In this document: piece after piece, positions 38,649 to 47,802 of the stretch
Layout of the letters: each line of letters starts with the position of its first letter
Position numbering within the stretch: the first letter of the stretch is position 1
Assembly (NCBI GenBank): GCA_002069885.1
Contig: MWCD01000004.1
Span: 11,037 to 75,036 of the forward strand
From: a bacterium ADurb.Bin236
GTDB taxonomy: Bacteria > UBP15 > UBA6099
Direction: 5' to 3'
Length of the DNA: 64,000 bases
Notes under the pieces: generated by a model
The model's input: only the letters and a program-made list of their open reading frames with translations
What the model was told of the DNA's origin: nothing
Database searches by the model: none
Program-made: the position numbers and the translations under genes

Positions 38649-39815
38649 ATGAAAAGCCACATCAAACTCGGAACGAGAAACCTGACTCGAAGACGGGGCC
38701 GCTCTATGCTCACCATCATGGGCGTCGCTCTCGCTATCGGATTCACCGTCGGGCTGCTGTCGATAAGCGAGGGCTTCATGAGCGCGCTGGACGGCATGTT
38801 GACCGGAAGCGGCCCCGACCTTTTCGTTCGGCCCAAAGGCGGCTCCAAGATGCCGTTCGGGATGCAGGGAAACGCGATGCTCGACGCCGACCTTCTTCCT
38901 GTCGTCCGAGGCATTCCCGGCGTCGAATTCGTCGAGCCTATCTATCAGGCGTTCTCCGTTGACGGCGGCTCAACCGGCTTCGGCCCGATGATGACTATGG
39001 TGTCGGGCATGCCGGCAGACGATTTTTTCAAGATCAGGCCGACCGCATCCATCGCGCGCGGCAGGTTCTTTTCCAACGACGACGGCGCGGTGGTCGTACT
39101 CGGCGGCGTGGTCGCGGAAAACACGGGCAAAGACGTCGGAGACAAGCTCGAACTGATATCAGGCCGCAAACTCGAAGTCATCGGCATAATGGAAAAAACC
39201 GACGAGCCGTTCGACTATTTCGCGTATTCACCCATAGCGTCTCTTCAAAAGATGTTCCGCGATTCAGGCAGGGTCAGCTATTTCCTCGTTAAAGCGTCTG
39301 AGGAAGCCGGTCCTGAGTCGGTTTCCGAAAAGCTTTCCAAAGCTTTTCCGCATCTCGACGTCCAGACCGTAAGAGAGTTGATATCAGAAGCGAAGAAGAT
39401 GTTGAGCATGGCGCGGGCGGTGCATTTCGGGGTGTCCTGTTTCGCGCTGGTTATCGGAGTGTTGTTCGTCGCATGCACTATGGTGATGAGCGTTTCAGAG
39501 AGGATACGCGAGTTCGCGACGCTCAGAGTTATCGGGGCGTCCAAAGGTTTCGTGATAAGAATGATACTGGCCGAGTCGATAATATTGAGCGTTGTGGGCG
39601 GCGCGCTCGGCTGCTGCATCGGCGTCGCCTTGTCGAAACTCATTGATTTGCTGATAGGCTACTTTGTCGGGGAGACGTTCATGAGCGCGCTGGTTTCGCC
39701 CCGGATTTTTGCGGTCGGGCTTCTTATATCCGTTCTGATAGGCGCGTTCGCCGGGCTTCTTCCCGCCGCGATGATAATGCGCCGCAACATTGCCGACAGC
39801 CTCAGATACGAATGA
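38649..39815 (+). CDS. FtsX-like (MacB/LolCE-type) ABC transporter permease with no adjacent ATPase
   Basis: It has TM1, a large periplasmic domain and 3 C-terminal TMs with ...LRVIGASKGFVIRMILAESIIL..., which is the FtsX signature. Confidence 0.8.
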   Translation: MKSHIKLGTRNLTRRRGRSMLTIMGVALAIGFTVGLLSISEGFMSALDGMLTGSGPDLFVRPKGGSKMPFGMQGNAMLDADLLPVVRGIPGVEFVEPIYQAFSVDGGSTGFGPMMTMVSGMPADDFFKIRPTASIARGRFFSNDDGAVVVLGGVVAENTGKDVGDKLELISGRKLEVIGIMEKTDEPFDYFAYSPIASLQKMFRDSGRVSYFLVKASEEAGPESVSEKLSKAFPHLDVQTVRELISEAKKMLSMARAVHFGVSCFALVIGVLFVACTMVMSVSERIREFATLRVIGASKGFVIRMILAESIILSVVGGALGCCIGVALSKLIDLLIGYFVGETFMSALVSPRIFAVGLLISVLIGAFAGLLPAAMIMRRNIADSLRYE

Positions 39816-39866
39816 TTCCTCCGCTACGCGTTTGATTTTCCGTCCCCCTCATATATATTTATTGTC

Positions 39867-40625
39867 ATGGAAGAACGAGAGCGGATAGGGATTGTTGGCG
39901 CGCCACCATGGGATATGATGCAAGAGCGCGTCGAGAACGGCGCGCTTATTTTCGACCTAGACGAGCCTCTTGCCGGCCGTCCCGTAAAAGACATCTATCT
40001 GCCCAACGCGTACTGCTCGATTCTAAAAAGGGTCGTCTCAAACATATTTTCTCTGCGCGAAGACGGCGGCTTAGACCTCGTCATCGCCACCGTCGGCAAA
40101 TGCAAATGCGACGGTATGCGCAACATCGCGTCTTGGCTTGAAAGGACGACAGATATCCCGATTCTGAAAGTGGAAAACGACAACGCGAAGGGAGCCGGGT
40201 TTCCCATCTCGCGCAGCGGACTGCCGCTGTTGAAAAAGATGGAGCTTATCGTCAACTCTGTCTTCGCTCCGCTGCCTGATGGGCTGACGCTCGAAGAATG
40301 CGCGCCCAAATGCGGCTTCTGGGGCGTACCCCCGTACGACTTCGGCATCCTCGAACTGTTTCCTGACGAAACTCATATATTCGGCTGGACCCGCTGCATG
40401 GAAAACAAAACTCCCGCCGACATCGAAATGGAATGCGAGGTCGCTTCGGGCGTCCCGACTGTTTTCTTCACGCAGTCTTTCTGCCAGAAATCCGCGTTTG
40501 CGTACAATCTGGCGCGCGAACACGGCGGCCTGTACGTGGAAGTTGACAAGATGATGTCTCATTCTACCCGCGCGAAGATAGAGGCTTTTCTTGAATTCAA
40601 CCTCGGATGGAGGGGAAAAAGATGA
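39867..40625 (+). CDS. Short Cys-rich protein resembling the 2-hydroxyacyl-CoA dehydratase / benzoyl-CoA reductase HgdB/BcrC (D-component) family
   Basis: ...VIATVGKCKCDGMRNIASWLERTTDIPILKVEND... resembles the conserved C-D-x-M-R region of HGD-D proteins. At 252 aa it is shorter than canonical HgdB. Confidence 0.4.
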   Translation: MEERERIGIVGAPPWDMMQERVENGALIFDLDEPLAGRPVKDIYLPNAYCSILKRVVSNIFSLREDGGLDLVIATVGKCKCDGMRNIASWLERTTDIPILKVENDNAKGAGFPISRSGLPLLKKMELIVNSVFAPLPDGLTLEECAPKCGFWGVPPYDFGILELFPDETHIFGWTRCMENKTPADIEMECEVASGVPTVFFTQSFCQKSAFAYNLAREHGGLYVEVDKMMSHSTRAKIEAFLEFNLGWRGKR

Positions 40626-41296
40626 GCGCGCCCTCCCCTATCCTTCTCGACTGCGGCACTGGTTACGCCAAGATTTTCAATCTTGAGGATTCCACCCGCG
40701 CGATTGTTCCCGCGCGGCGTTTCATCAAAAAGCTGTCCGAATATGATATTAAGGCGTCAACTGGGCATAACTTATCTTCAGGCGCTGGAGTTAGAGTGAA
40801 CGAGCTTGTGGCGCTTGCCGAAGGCTCTCTTTCTATGGTGGACGAGCCGGACTTCACAGTCCTCGACTGCGGAGCGCGGGACGTCAAATACGTCCAGATA
40901 CGGAACCGTCGCGTCGCGGGAATGGATTGGAACACTGAGTGCGGAGCCTTCGCGGGGCAGGTCGTAGAGTTGCTAACGCGCTACTTAGACATAGAGCCTG
41001 AGAACTTGCCCTCGGACGCGCCCCGCATCCCGGTCGTCTGCGGAGTGCTTGGAATGACTTCCATGTTCGACATGATATCCAAGGGAAAAAGCCACGAGGA
41101 AGCGCTGGCGGGTTTTCTTCGAGGAGTGGCCTTCAACTGCGAGACGCTTGTCGGCAGGCCCGACAGGCTGTACCTTTCCGGCGGCCTGTGCGACAACAAG
41201 GCTTTCGTCTCCGCGTTCACTCGCGAAACTATCCCCCTCGGAAGATTCGTCCTCATCGAGGGTCTTCGCAAAATTTATTCAGAGAAAATCATCTGA
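40622..41296 (+). CDS. BadF/BadG/BcrA/BcrD-type ATPase (HgdC-like CoA-substrate-specific enzyme activase)
   Basis: ILLDCGTGYAKIF is the ASKHA phosphate-1 motif, followed by ...VLDCGARDVKYVQI...VCGVLGM... The RBS is GGAGGGG, and there is a 4-bp overlap with the upstream gene. Confidence 0.7.
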   Translation: MSAPSPILLDCGTGYAKIFNLEDSTRAIVPARRFIKKLSEYDIKASTGHNLSSGAGVRVNELVALAEGSLSMVDEPDFTVLDCGARDVKYVQIRNRRVAGMDWNTECGAFAGQVVELLTRYLDIEPENLPSDAPRIPVVCGVLGMTSMFDMISKGKSHEEALAGFLRGVAFNCETLVGRPDRLYLSGGLCDNKAFVSAFTRETIPLGRFVLIEGLRKIYSEKII

Positions 41297-42415
41297 CTAC
41301 TTTATTCCAAGCGCGTCTTTGACGATACCTTCGTCGATGGTGAGTTCGTATTGGTTTTCGCCCAGTTTTCTGACGCATTCGTGCTCGAAAGGGTCGAATT
41401 CGAACTGTTTGATGATGCGTCCGTAGGTGTCCTTGAGGGCGCGCGCGCCGACGCGGGTGTTCTTTGCCGCCTCCGACGCCACCAGCCTGCGCGCCTTTTT
41501 CGTTATGTTCAGCTCGATGTTGAACCTCTTGAAGAACCTCCGCGAAATATTGAACACGGACTCTTCCGGCTCCGTGAATATCGTTTCGAGATCGTCGGCG
41601 GTAAGGTCTTCGAGGACGATTGAGTTGTCAAATCGGGAAAGGAACTGAGGCATCATCCCGTATTTGAAGATGTCTTCCTGCATCAGGTTCTCTTTTAGTG
41701 TAAAAATCTGCTTGAATTCGACTTTGCCGTCTTCTCCCATCACCATTTTTGTCAGCTTGTCCTGTTTTCCCTCTTCGAAGACTCTTGCGTAAACCTGATT
41801 GTAAAGTTCCTCAAACGCGCCGCCGCAGATAAAAAGGATATTGCTCGTGTCAATGTTCATCTGGTAGGGCTTGAACTCGCCGTCCTGCAGGAAGTGCGTG
41901 TCGAAAACCACGCTCTCCCCTTCCATCAGAGTGAGAAGCGACTGCTGAATGTTAATGCCGACGACGTTGGGTTTGCCGCCGACATATGCGGTTATCTTGT
42001 CTATTTCATCCATGCAGACGGTGCTGTGCTCGATGTATTCCTGAACCTTTTCAGGGGTGGATTCCTTGCCGAGAATATGCAAAGCGCGCTCCTGAAGGGT
42101 GCGGAAAAGCTGGTGTCCGGTTATTACGGTTCCTTCTTCGTTCGCCATCGAGTTCGCGTTCATCCTCACTACTACTCTGTGCTTGGCGAAGAAAGGATTC
42201 TTCATATACAGCTTTTCCATCGCCTTCATGACCGAGGTTTTTCCGGTTCCGCTGTTTCCGATCATGATGATGTTGCCGTACTTCTCGCCGCACACGTGTT
42301 TGAATATGGCGACAGACACATATTTGAGGACAAGGTCCTGTCCGATAATGTCTTTCTTCATTTCGTTATAAATCTCGCGGGGTCTCATCGACGCCGAATT
42401 GCCGTTCGCGGCCAT
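41297..42415 (-). CDS. ClpX/HslU-like AAA+ ATPase lacking the N-terminal zinc-binding domain, the GYVG pore loop and the IGF loop
   Basis: IIGQDLVLKYVSVAIFKH...NIIMIGNSGTGKTSVMKAMEKL...CMDEIDKIT...SNILFICGGAFEEL...RVGARALK aligns to ClpX motifs, but there is no C4 zinc finger, no GYVG and no IGF. Confidence 0.75.
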   Translation of the reverse strand: MAANGNSASMRPREIYNEMKKDIIGQDLVLKYVSVAIFKHVCGEKYGNIIMIGNSGTGKTSVMKAMEKLYMKNPFFAKHRVVVRMNANSMANEEGTVITGHQLFRTLQERALHILGKESTPEKVQEYIEHSTVCMDEIDKITAYVGGKPNVVGINIQQSLLTLMEGESVVFDTHFLQDGEFKPYQMNIDTSNILFICGGAFEELYNQVYARVFEEGKQDKLTKMVMGEDGKVEFKQIFTLKENLMQEDIFKYGMMPQFLSRFDNSIVLEDLTADDLETIFTEPEESVFNISRRFFKRFNIELNITKKARRLVASEAAKNTRVGARALKDTYGRIIKQFEFDPFEHECVRKLGENQYELTIDEGIVKDALGIK

Positions 42416-42521
42416 CTTTTAGCGTCCTCCTTGAGGAATCAACAGTCAGCGTCTGATTTTAACATTGGAAAAAAATTAAATCAACGCGGCGCAATCCGCC
42501 ACGCGCGACACAGGAAAATAT

Positions 42522-43121
42522 TTATGCGATGATTCCTTTGAATATGACATCCATCAGGAAATCTTCGAACTTATCGACGGAGCCGCAATATTCGCGCATT
42601 TCGGGGGAATTCCCCCAGAGAACGCAGAAATTGCATACGAGCACGTTAAGCAGCATGGAATCAACCTGCCTGAACACGCCAGCCGCGACGCCTTCTTCAT
42701 AAATCGTGGAAAATTTCTCTATGTACTTCTCGTTCATCTGCACGAGCCTGCTGCTTTCGTGCTCGCTCATGCCGAGAATCTGAGGAAGAACAGCGGTCGC
42801 GGTCTCCTTATACCTGTCCATAAGGCGCAGTTGAACGCTTATGGCCCCCCGCCACTTTTCCAGAGGGGATAAATCCTGTTTTGTAATCTCGTCAATTTCA
42901 GCGAGTATCATCGCGTGGCCTTCCTCGGCCACTAGGAAAAGCATTTCTTTTTTGCTTCTGATGTACTCGTACAGAGTGCCCTTGCCGAGGCCGGCCTCGC
43001 GCGCGATCTCGCTTACGGTCGCCGCGTGGTATCCTTTCCGGGCGAAGACTTTTATCGCCGCCTCGAAAATTTGTTTTCTCCGCTCCGCCACCAGAGCGCT
43101 CTGCCTGTCTTCCAGCGACAT
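42522..43121 (-). CDS. TetR family transcriptional regulator (last gene of the RND efflux operon)
   Basis: The HTH is ...FARKGYHAATVSEIAREAGLGKGTLYEYIRSKKE. Confidence 0.85.
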   Translation of the reverse strand: MSLEDRQSALVAERRKQIFEAAIKVFARKGYHAATVSEIAREAGLGKGTLYEYIRSKKEMLFLVAEEGHAMILAEIDEITKQDLSPLEKWRGAISVQLRLMDRYKETATAVLPQILGMSEHESSRLVQMNEKYIEKFSTIYEEGVAAGVFRQVDSMLLNVLVCNFCVLWGNSPEMREYCGSVDKFEDFLMDVIFKGIIA

Positions 43122-43157
43122 CTCCCCTGCCTTCCGTTTATTCGCGGTCAGCCCGCG

Positions 43158-46100
43158 TCACAGTCTCTTTTCCTCTAACGCGCCTGAAGCCAATAACGCC
43201 TTCAACTCTTCCTTTGTTCCCCACACCGGCTGTTTTTCGGTTCTGCGGACAAGTCTTCTGATCCTGTCCATGATCGCGTCAATCAGCATATACATTATAG
43301 GAATAATAATGAGAGTCAGAGCAGTCGCCACAACCATTCCGCCTATGCCAACAATCGCCATCGGTTTCCTGAAGCCGGCGCCCTCGCCGGACAACACGGC
43401 CGAAGGAACCATAGCGCAGATAGTCGTCAGAGAAGTTATTAGAATAGGCCTCAGCCTTGTTATGCCCGCCTGAATTATCGCGTTGTTTCTCGGAACGCCT
43501 TTCGCCCTCAACTGGTTTACGAAATCAACCAGCACGATGCTGTTGTTCACCACTATTCCTATTAGCATCACCATTCCTATCATCGACATCATGTTGAATG
43601 TGCTTCCTGTAAGGAACAGGGACCAAACGACGCCTATGAAAGTCAGCGGGAGAGTGAACATAACGACGAAAGGATAAATAAGAGACTCGAACTGAGCGGC
43701 CATGACCATGTAAACGAACAGAATGGCCAGAATCATAGCGACTATCAACTGAGTCATCATGTCATTCATGTCTTCGGCGTTGTGCCCGAAGCCGATTTCA
43801 TATCCTTCAGGCAATTCAAGCTTTTCCTCGACCGCTTTGGCTATGTCCTTTTGAACCTCGCCTGACGAGCGCTCGGCAAGGTTGCCGCCTATGGTTATCT
43901 GCGGAACTCCGTTCTTCCTTTCATATTCGTTAGGCCCGAGTTCCTGTTTCACGGATGCGATATTGCCCAACTTGATCGCGCCCATCTGGGTCATAAGAGG
44001 AATATTCTGAACATCCTGAACCGTCATCCTGTCTTTGTCGGAGAACCTGACCAAAATATCGTATTCGTCGCCCTTCTCTTTGAACTTGACGCTGTCGTCG
44101 CCTTCGAGGGAAACGCGCATAGTGTATCCGACCGTCGCCACATCCAACCCCATGAGAGCCATTTTCTGTTTGTCTAGCGTCACCTGAATTTCTGATTTGC
44201 CTGTTTTCCAGCTTGAGTTCAGATCGATGACGCCGGGTGTGTTTTCGACTATATGATAAATTTTATCCGTGAGAGGAATAAGAATGTCGTAGTCCGCGCC
44301 TTTAACCTCGACCTGTAGAGGCAATTGCCCCGGAGCTCCAGCCATGCTTCGCGCAGTGACTTGGAATATCGCGTCCGGTATGTCGGCAACATCCTTCCTT
44401 ATCTGCTGCATAATCTTCTTCGTGCTACGCTTTCTTTCTTTCATGTCAATCAGTTTTACGCTAAGAAAACCGTAGTCGGGCGTAGGCTGGCTTACTCCCG
44501 TGTCGCCTATCTTTTTCCCGGAAACTGCGGTGTAAGCTTCCACTTCATCTATGCCTTTGATAATTTCCTCTACCTGCCGGACAACTTTATCAGTGTCGTC
44601 GAGAGAAGCGTAAGGAGGCATCTGCACCATAACGTTGAATTCGCCCTGATCCGAGTCCGGCACGAATTCCGAGCCGATTAACCCCATCCCAACGATTGCT
44701 ATAGAGGAAACAAACAACGCCGCAGTGACTATCGCGGGCACGGGCCACGCTTTAAGCGAGAAATATATCGCTTTCGGATATATCTTTCTAAACAACCCGT
44801 ATCCGAAATCGAAAGCCGGATAAATGACATATTTGAAAGGAATCACGATCCAGAAAAACACCCAAGTCATAACTGAGATCGCGAACTTCTTGCCCGGAGT
44901 CATTTCTTTCGGGGCGGCGTCATTGAGTTTGAGTATCCGCGACGCAACGGCCGGAGTTAGCGTGAAGGCGATGAATATCGCGAACGCGGTAGCGAACGCG
45001 ACGGAGAAACCGAACTCCTTAAAGAACTGTCCGACGGTTCCGCTCATGAATGCGACAGGAGTGAAGACGCAGATATTCGTGGTCCCGGAAGCGAGCACGG
45101 CCAGCCCCACTTCGCTTACGCCGTCTTTGGCCGCCTCTTTCGCGCTCTTGCCCATTTCCAAGTGGCGGAATATGTTCTCAAGCACGACTACCGAATTGTC
45201 AACGAGCGTGCCTACCGCAATCGCAAGTCCCATGAGAGACATGAAGTTAAGAGTGAATCCCGCCATGTAAACTGGCATGAAAGTGCTGAGGATGGCAGTC
45301 GGGATGGCAAGGAATATGATGAACGTGCTGCGCGGGTCGCGCAAAAACAGCATTATCATCAATGTCGCGAATAACGCTCCGTACAACAGGTTCGTCTTCA
45401 CGTCCGACAGCGAATTCGTGATGAAAGTCGAGAGGTCCATTACGACGGAAACTTCGTAATCGTCGGGTATGCTCCTGCCGGGCATCTTGGCTAAAGTTTC
45501 CTTAACTTGTTTGCTCACCTGAACTGTGTTCGCGCCGCTCTGTTTGACAATCTGGATAAGAATAGAATTATTGCCGCCCAACCTTGAATATGATTCTACG
45601 TCCTTAAAACCGTCATTAACAGTCGCTATGTCCCTGATTTTGATTGGACCCATCTGGGTCATAATGTCAACATTGCCGATTTCGGAAACTCTGGAGTGTT
45701 CGCCAATCACTCGAACGACATTTTCCTCAGTCCCTTTTTTAATCTTTCCTACCGGAAAATTCATATTATCCTTCGTCAGGGCCTGAACTAGCTGAAGGAT
45801 GGAAAGGTTGTAGCCGAACATTTTGTCGCGGTCGACATCGATGTTGATCTGGCGTTCTTTTCCGCCGGACACCGCGACAGTGGCTACGCCGGGAATCTTC
45901 TCAAGAATCTTTTTTACATCGTCTTCTACCGTCTTTCTAACCTCGACTTCGGGTCTGGGGGACGAGATGGCGGCCATAATAATCGGAAACGAGTTTAGGT
46001 CGAACTTCTGGATGATGGGGTCTTCAGCGTCGTCAGGCAGTTCGCTTTTCAACGCGTCGATTTTTTCCCTGACGTCAGCCACTTTCGCGTCCGGGTCGGC

Positions 46101-46424
46101 CTCGGCCTTGAACTCGATGGCGACCATCGACACGCTCTCCATCGACTTGCTGGTCATGTTCTTCATGTCGCTCAGAGCGCTCAGGCCGTCTTCGATCTTG
46201 TCAGTGACGAGAGATTCCATCTCGGTGGGCGACGCCCCCGGATACACCGTGACGACGGTGACGAAAGGAAACTCGATGTTCGGAAACAGATCCACGGGAA
46301 GCTTGTAAAGAGCGTTTACGCCCAGAACGACCACCGCGAGGATGACCATCATTATAAATATCGGTCTTTTAATGGATACTTCCGCCACGTTAGGATACCT
46401 CTTTTCGAGTTGTTCGGCCCGCAA
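43158..46424 (-). CDS. RND family efflux transporter permease (HAE1/AcrB-like)
   Basis: 1088 aa with 12 TM helices and 2 large periplasmic loops, including ...MAAQFESLIYPFVVMFTLPL... Confidence 0.95.
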   Translation of the reverse strand: MRAEQLEKRYPNVAEVSIKRPIFIMMVILAVVVLGVNALYKLPVDLFPNIEFPFVTVVTVYPGASPTEMESLVTDKIEDGLSALSDMKNMTSKSMESVSMVAIEFKAEADPDAKVADVREKIDALKSELPDDAEDPIIQKFDLNSFPIIMAAISSPRPEVEVRKTVEDDVKKILEKIPGVATVAVSGGKERQINIDVDRDKMFGYNLSILQLVQALTKDNMNFPVGKIKKGTEENVVRVIGEHSRVSEIGNVDIMTQMGPIKIRDIATVNDGFKDVESYSRLGGNNSILIQIVKQSGANTVQVSKQVKETLAKMPGRSIPDDYEVSVVMDLSTFITNSLSDVKTNLLYGALFATLMIMLFLRDPRSTFIIFLAIPTAILSTFMPVYMAGFTLNFMSLMGLAIAVGTLVDNSVVVLENIFRHLEMGKSAKEAAKDGVSEVGLAVLASGTTNICVFTPVAFMSGTVGQFFKEFGFSVAFATAFAIFIAFTLTPAVASRILKLNDAAPKEMTPGKKFAISVMTWVFFWIVIPFKYVIYPAFDFGYGLFRKIYPKAIYFSLKAWPVPAIVTAALFVSSIAIVGMGLIGSEFVPDSDQGEFNVMVQMPPYASLDDTDKVVRQVEEIIKGIDEVEAYTAVSGKKIGDTGVSQPTPDYGFLSVKLIDMKERKRSTKKIMQQIRKDVADIPDAIFQVTARSMAGAPGQLPLQVEVKGADYDILIPLTDKIYHIVENTPGVIDLNSSWKTGKSEIQVTLDKQKMALMGLDVATVGYTMRVSLEGDDSVKFKEKGDEYDILVRFSDKDRMTVQDVQNIPLMTQMGAIKLGNIASVKQELGPNEYERKNGVPQITIGGNLAERSSGEVQKDIAKAVEEKLELPEGYEIGFGHNAEDMNDMMTQLIVAMILAILFVYMVMAAQFESLIYPFVVMFTLPLTFIGVVWSLFLTGSTFNMMSMIGMVMLIGIVVNNSIVLVDFVNQLRAKGVPRNNAIIQAGITRLRPILITSLTTICAMVPSAVLSGEGAGFRKPMAIVGIGGMVVATALTLIIIPIMYMLIDAIMDRIRRLVRRTEKQPVWGTKEELKALLASGALEEKRL

Positions 46425-46465
46425 AAGGGCTTAGCGTTATCTGCGACGGCGTTCTCAGCGCCGCG

Positions 46466-47722
46466 TCAATATTCGACTGTCTCCAATATTTTTACTTTCT
46501 GTCCGTCTTTTACTATCCCCTGCCCCTCGATGAGAATCATGTCGCCGGGCTTGACGCATTCGTCGGTAATCTGAACATAGTCCAGAATCCTTTTCGCGCC
46601 GGAACACTTCCTGATGACGGCTTTGTCTCCCTCGACGACCGTCACCCTGCTGTTCTCCACCAAAGATTTAAACGGGATTGCGAACAATTCCTGTTCGGGA
46701 AGGATGATGTTTCCCTCGACGAACATTCCGTGGGAGAGCGGCTTCGACTCGTCGACGATAATCGCTTCGCCTTCGGCCTCGCGCGTCATCTTCCGGACGA
46801 ACCTGCTTATGTAGCTTATCCGCGCGCCGTACTCTACGCCGGGAATTCCCGCGGCGCGGAATTTGACTTCGTCGCCTTCGTTGATTTTCTTCAAATCCGC
46901 TTCGTTGATGGTGAAGCTGATTTTCTTCTCGCCTTTTTTAAGAATCTGGAACACGGCTTCCTGCGGTCCTGTGCTCTCGCCGACCTTGCACATCCTATAG
47001 GATATGACGCCGTCCACCGGGGATTTCACCGTGGCGCGCTCAAGCGCCAGCTTTACGTTGTCCACCGCGACAGCCGCCTGCCGCAACTGAGCCTCGAGCA
47101 TCTTCACCTGTTCGGCCCGCGCGCCCGTCTGCGCCATTTCAAGCTGCTTCTTCGCGTTGTCGTACTGTTTGTCTGCGGAAATATACTGCGCTTCTACGCC
47201 GTCAAGCTCCTGTTTGGAGATGACGCCTTTGTCATAAAGCTCTTTCATGCGCGTGTATGTTTTCGACGCGACGTTGAATCCGGCCTCCGCCTGAGCGAGC
47301 ATGTTTTGCGCCTGTACCAGTTCTTCGGGTCTTGCGCCCGCTCGCGCCATAGCCAAGTTCTGTTTGGCCATCTCGTGAGCCGCTTCAGCCTGCCTCAAGC
47401 CCAGCATGTAGTCCTGAGTGTCAATCTGCAACAGCGGCTCGCCTTTGCGGACGTAATCGCCTTTGTCTTTATAGATGGCGACAACTTCTCCGCCTACTCT
47501 GGGCGTAAGGTTAATCTCGTCCGGCGACTCCACGGTCCCGGTCAGCGGAATCGAGGACGCAAGCATGAGAGAGCGCGCTTTCGCAATTTTCACAGGCGTT
47601 CCCTCGGCTTCTCTCACTTCCGCCGTTGAGACTGTAACATCTTTTTTCTTCAGCAGCGCGCAACCGGATAGCGCCGTCGCCGCGCACATAATGCACACCA
47701 TCACCGCTATAATGCGTCTCAT
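46466..47722 (-). CDS. RND efflux periplasmic adaptor (membrane fusion protein) lipoprotein
   Basis: The lipobox is ALSGC. Coiled-coil and HlyD_D23 regions follow. The start is probably the Met of MRRIIAV. Confidence 0.85.
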   Translation of the reverse strand: MRRIIAVMVCIMCAATALSGCALLKKKDVTVSTAEVREAEGTPVKIAKARSLMLASSIPLTGTVESPDEINLTPRVGGEVVAIYKDKGDYVRKGEPLLQIDTQDYMLGLRQAEAAHEMAKQNLAMARAGARPEELVQAQNMLAQAEAGFNVASKTYTRMKELYDKGVISKQELDGVEAQYISADKQYDNAKKQLEMAQTGARAEQVKMLEAQLRQAAVAVDNVKLALERATVKSPVDGVISYRMCKVGESTGPQEAVFQILKKGEKKISFTINEADLKKINEGDEVKFRAAGIPGVEYGARISYISRFVRKMTREAEGEAIIVDESKPLSHGMFVEGNIILPEQELFAIPFKSLVENSRVTVVEGDKAVIRKCSGAKRILDYVQITDECVKPGDMILIEGQGIVKDGQKVKILETVEY

Positions 47723-47802
47723 CACTGTGTCTCCTCCGTCGGCCTTGCCGCCGTGTTTATCCAACCCGGAACTTCGCGTTCCGGCTTAATGTCAGCCCGA
47801 TG

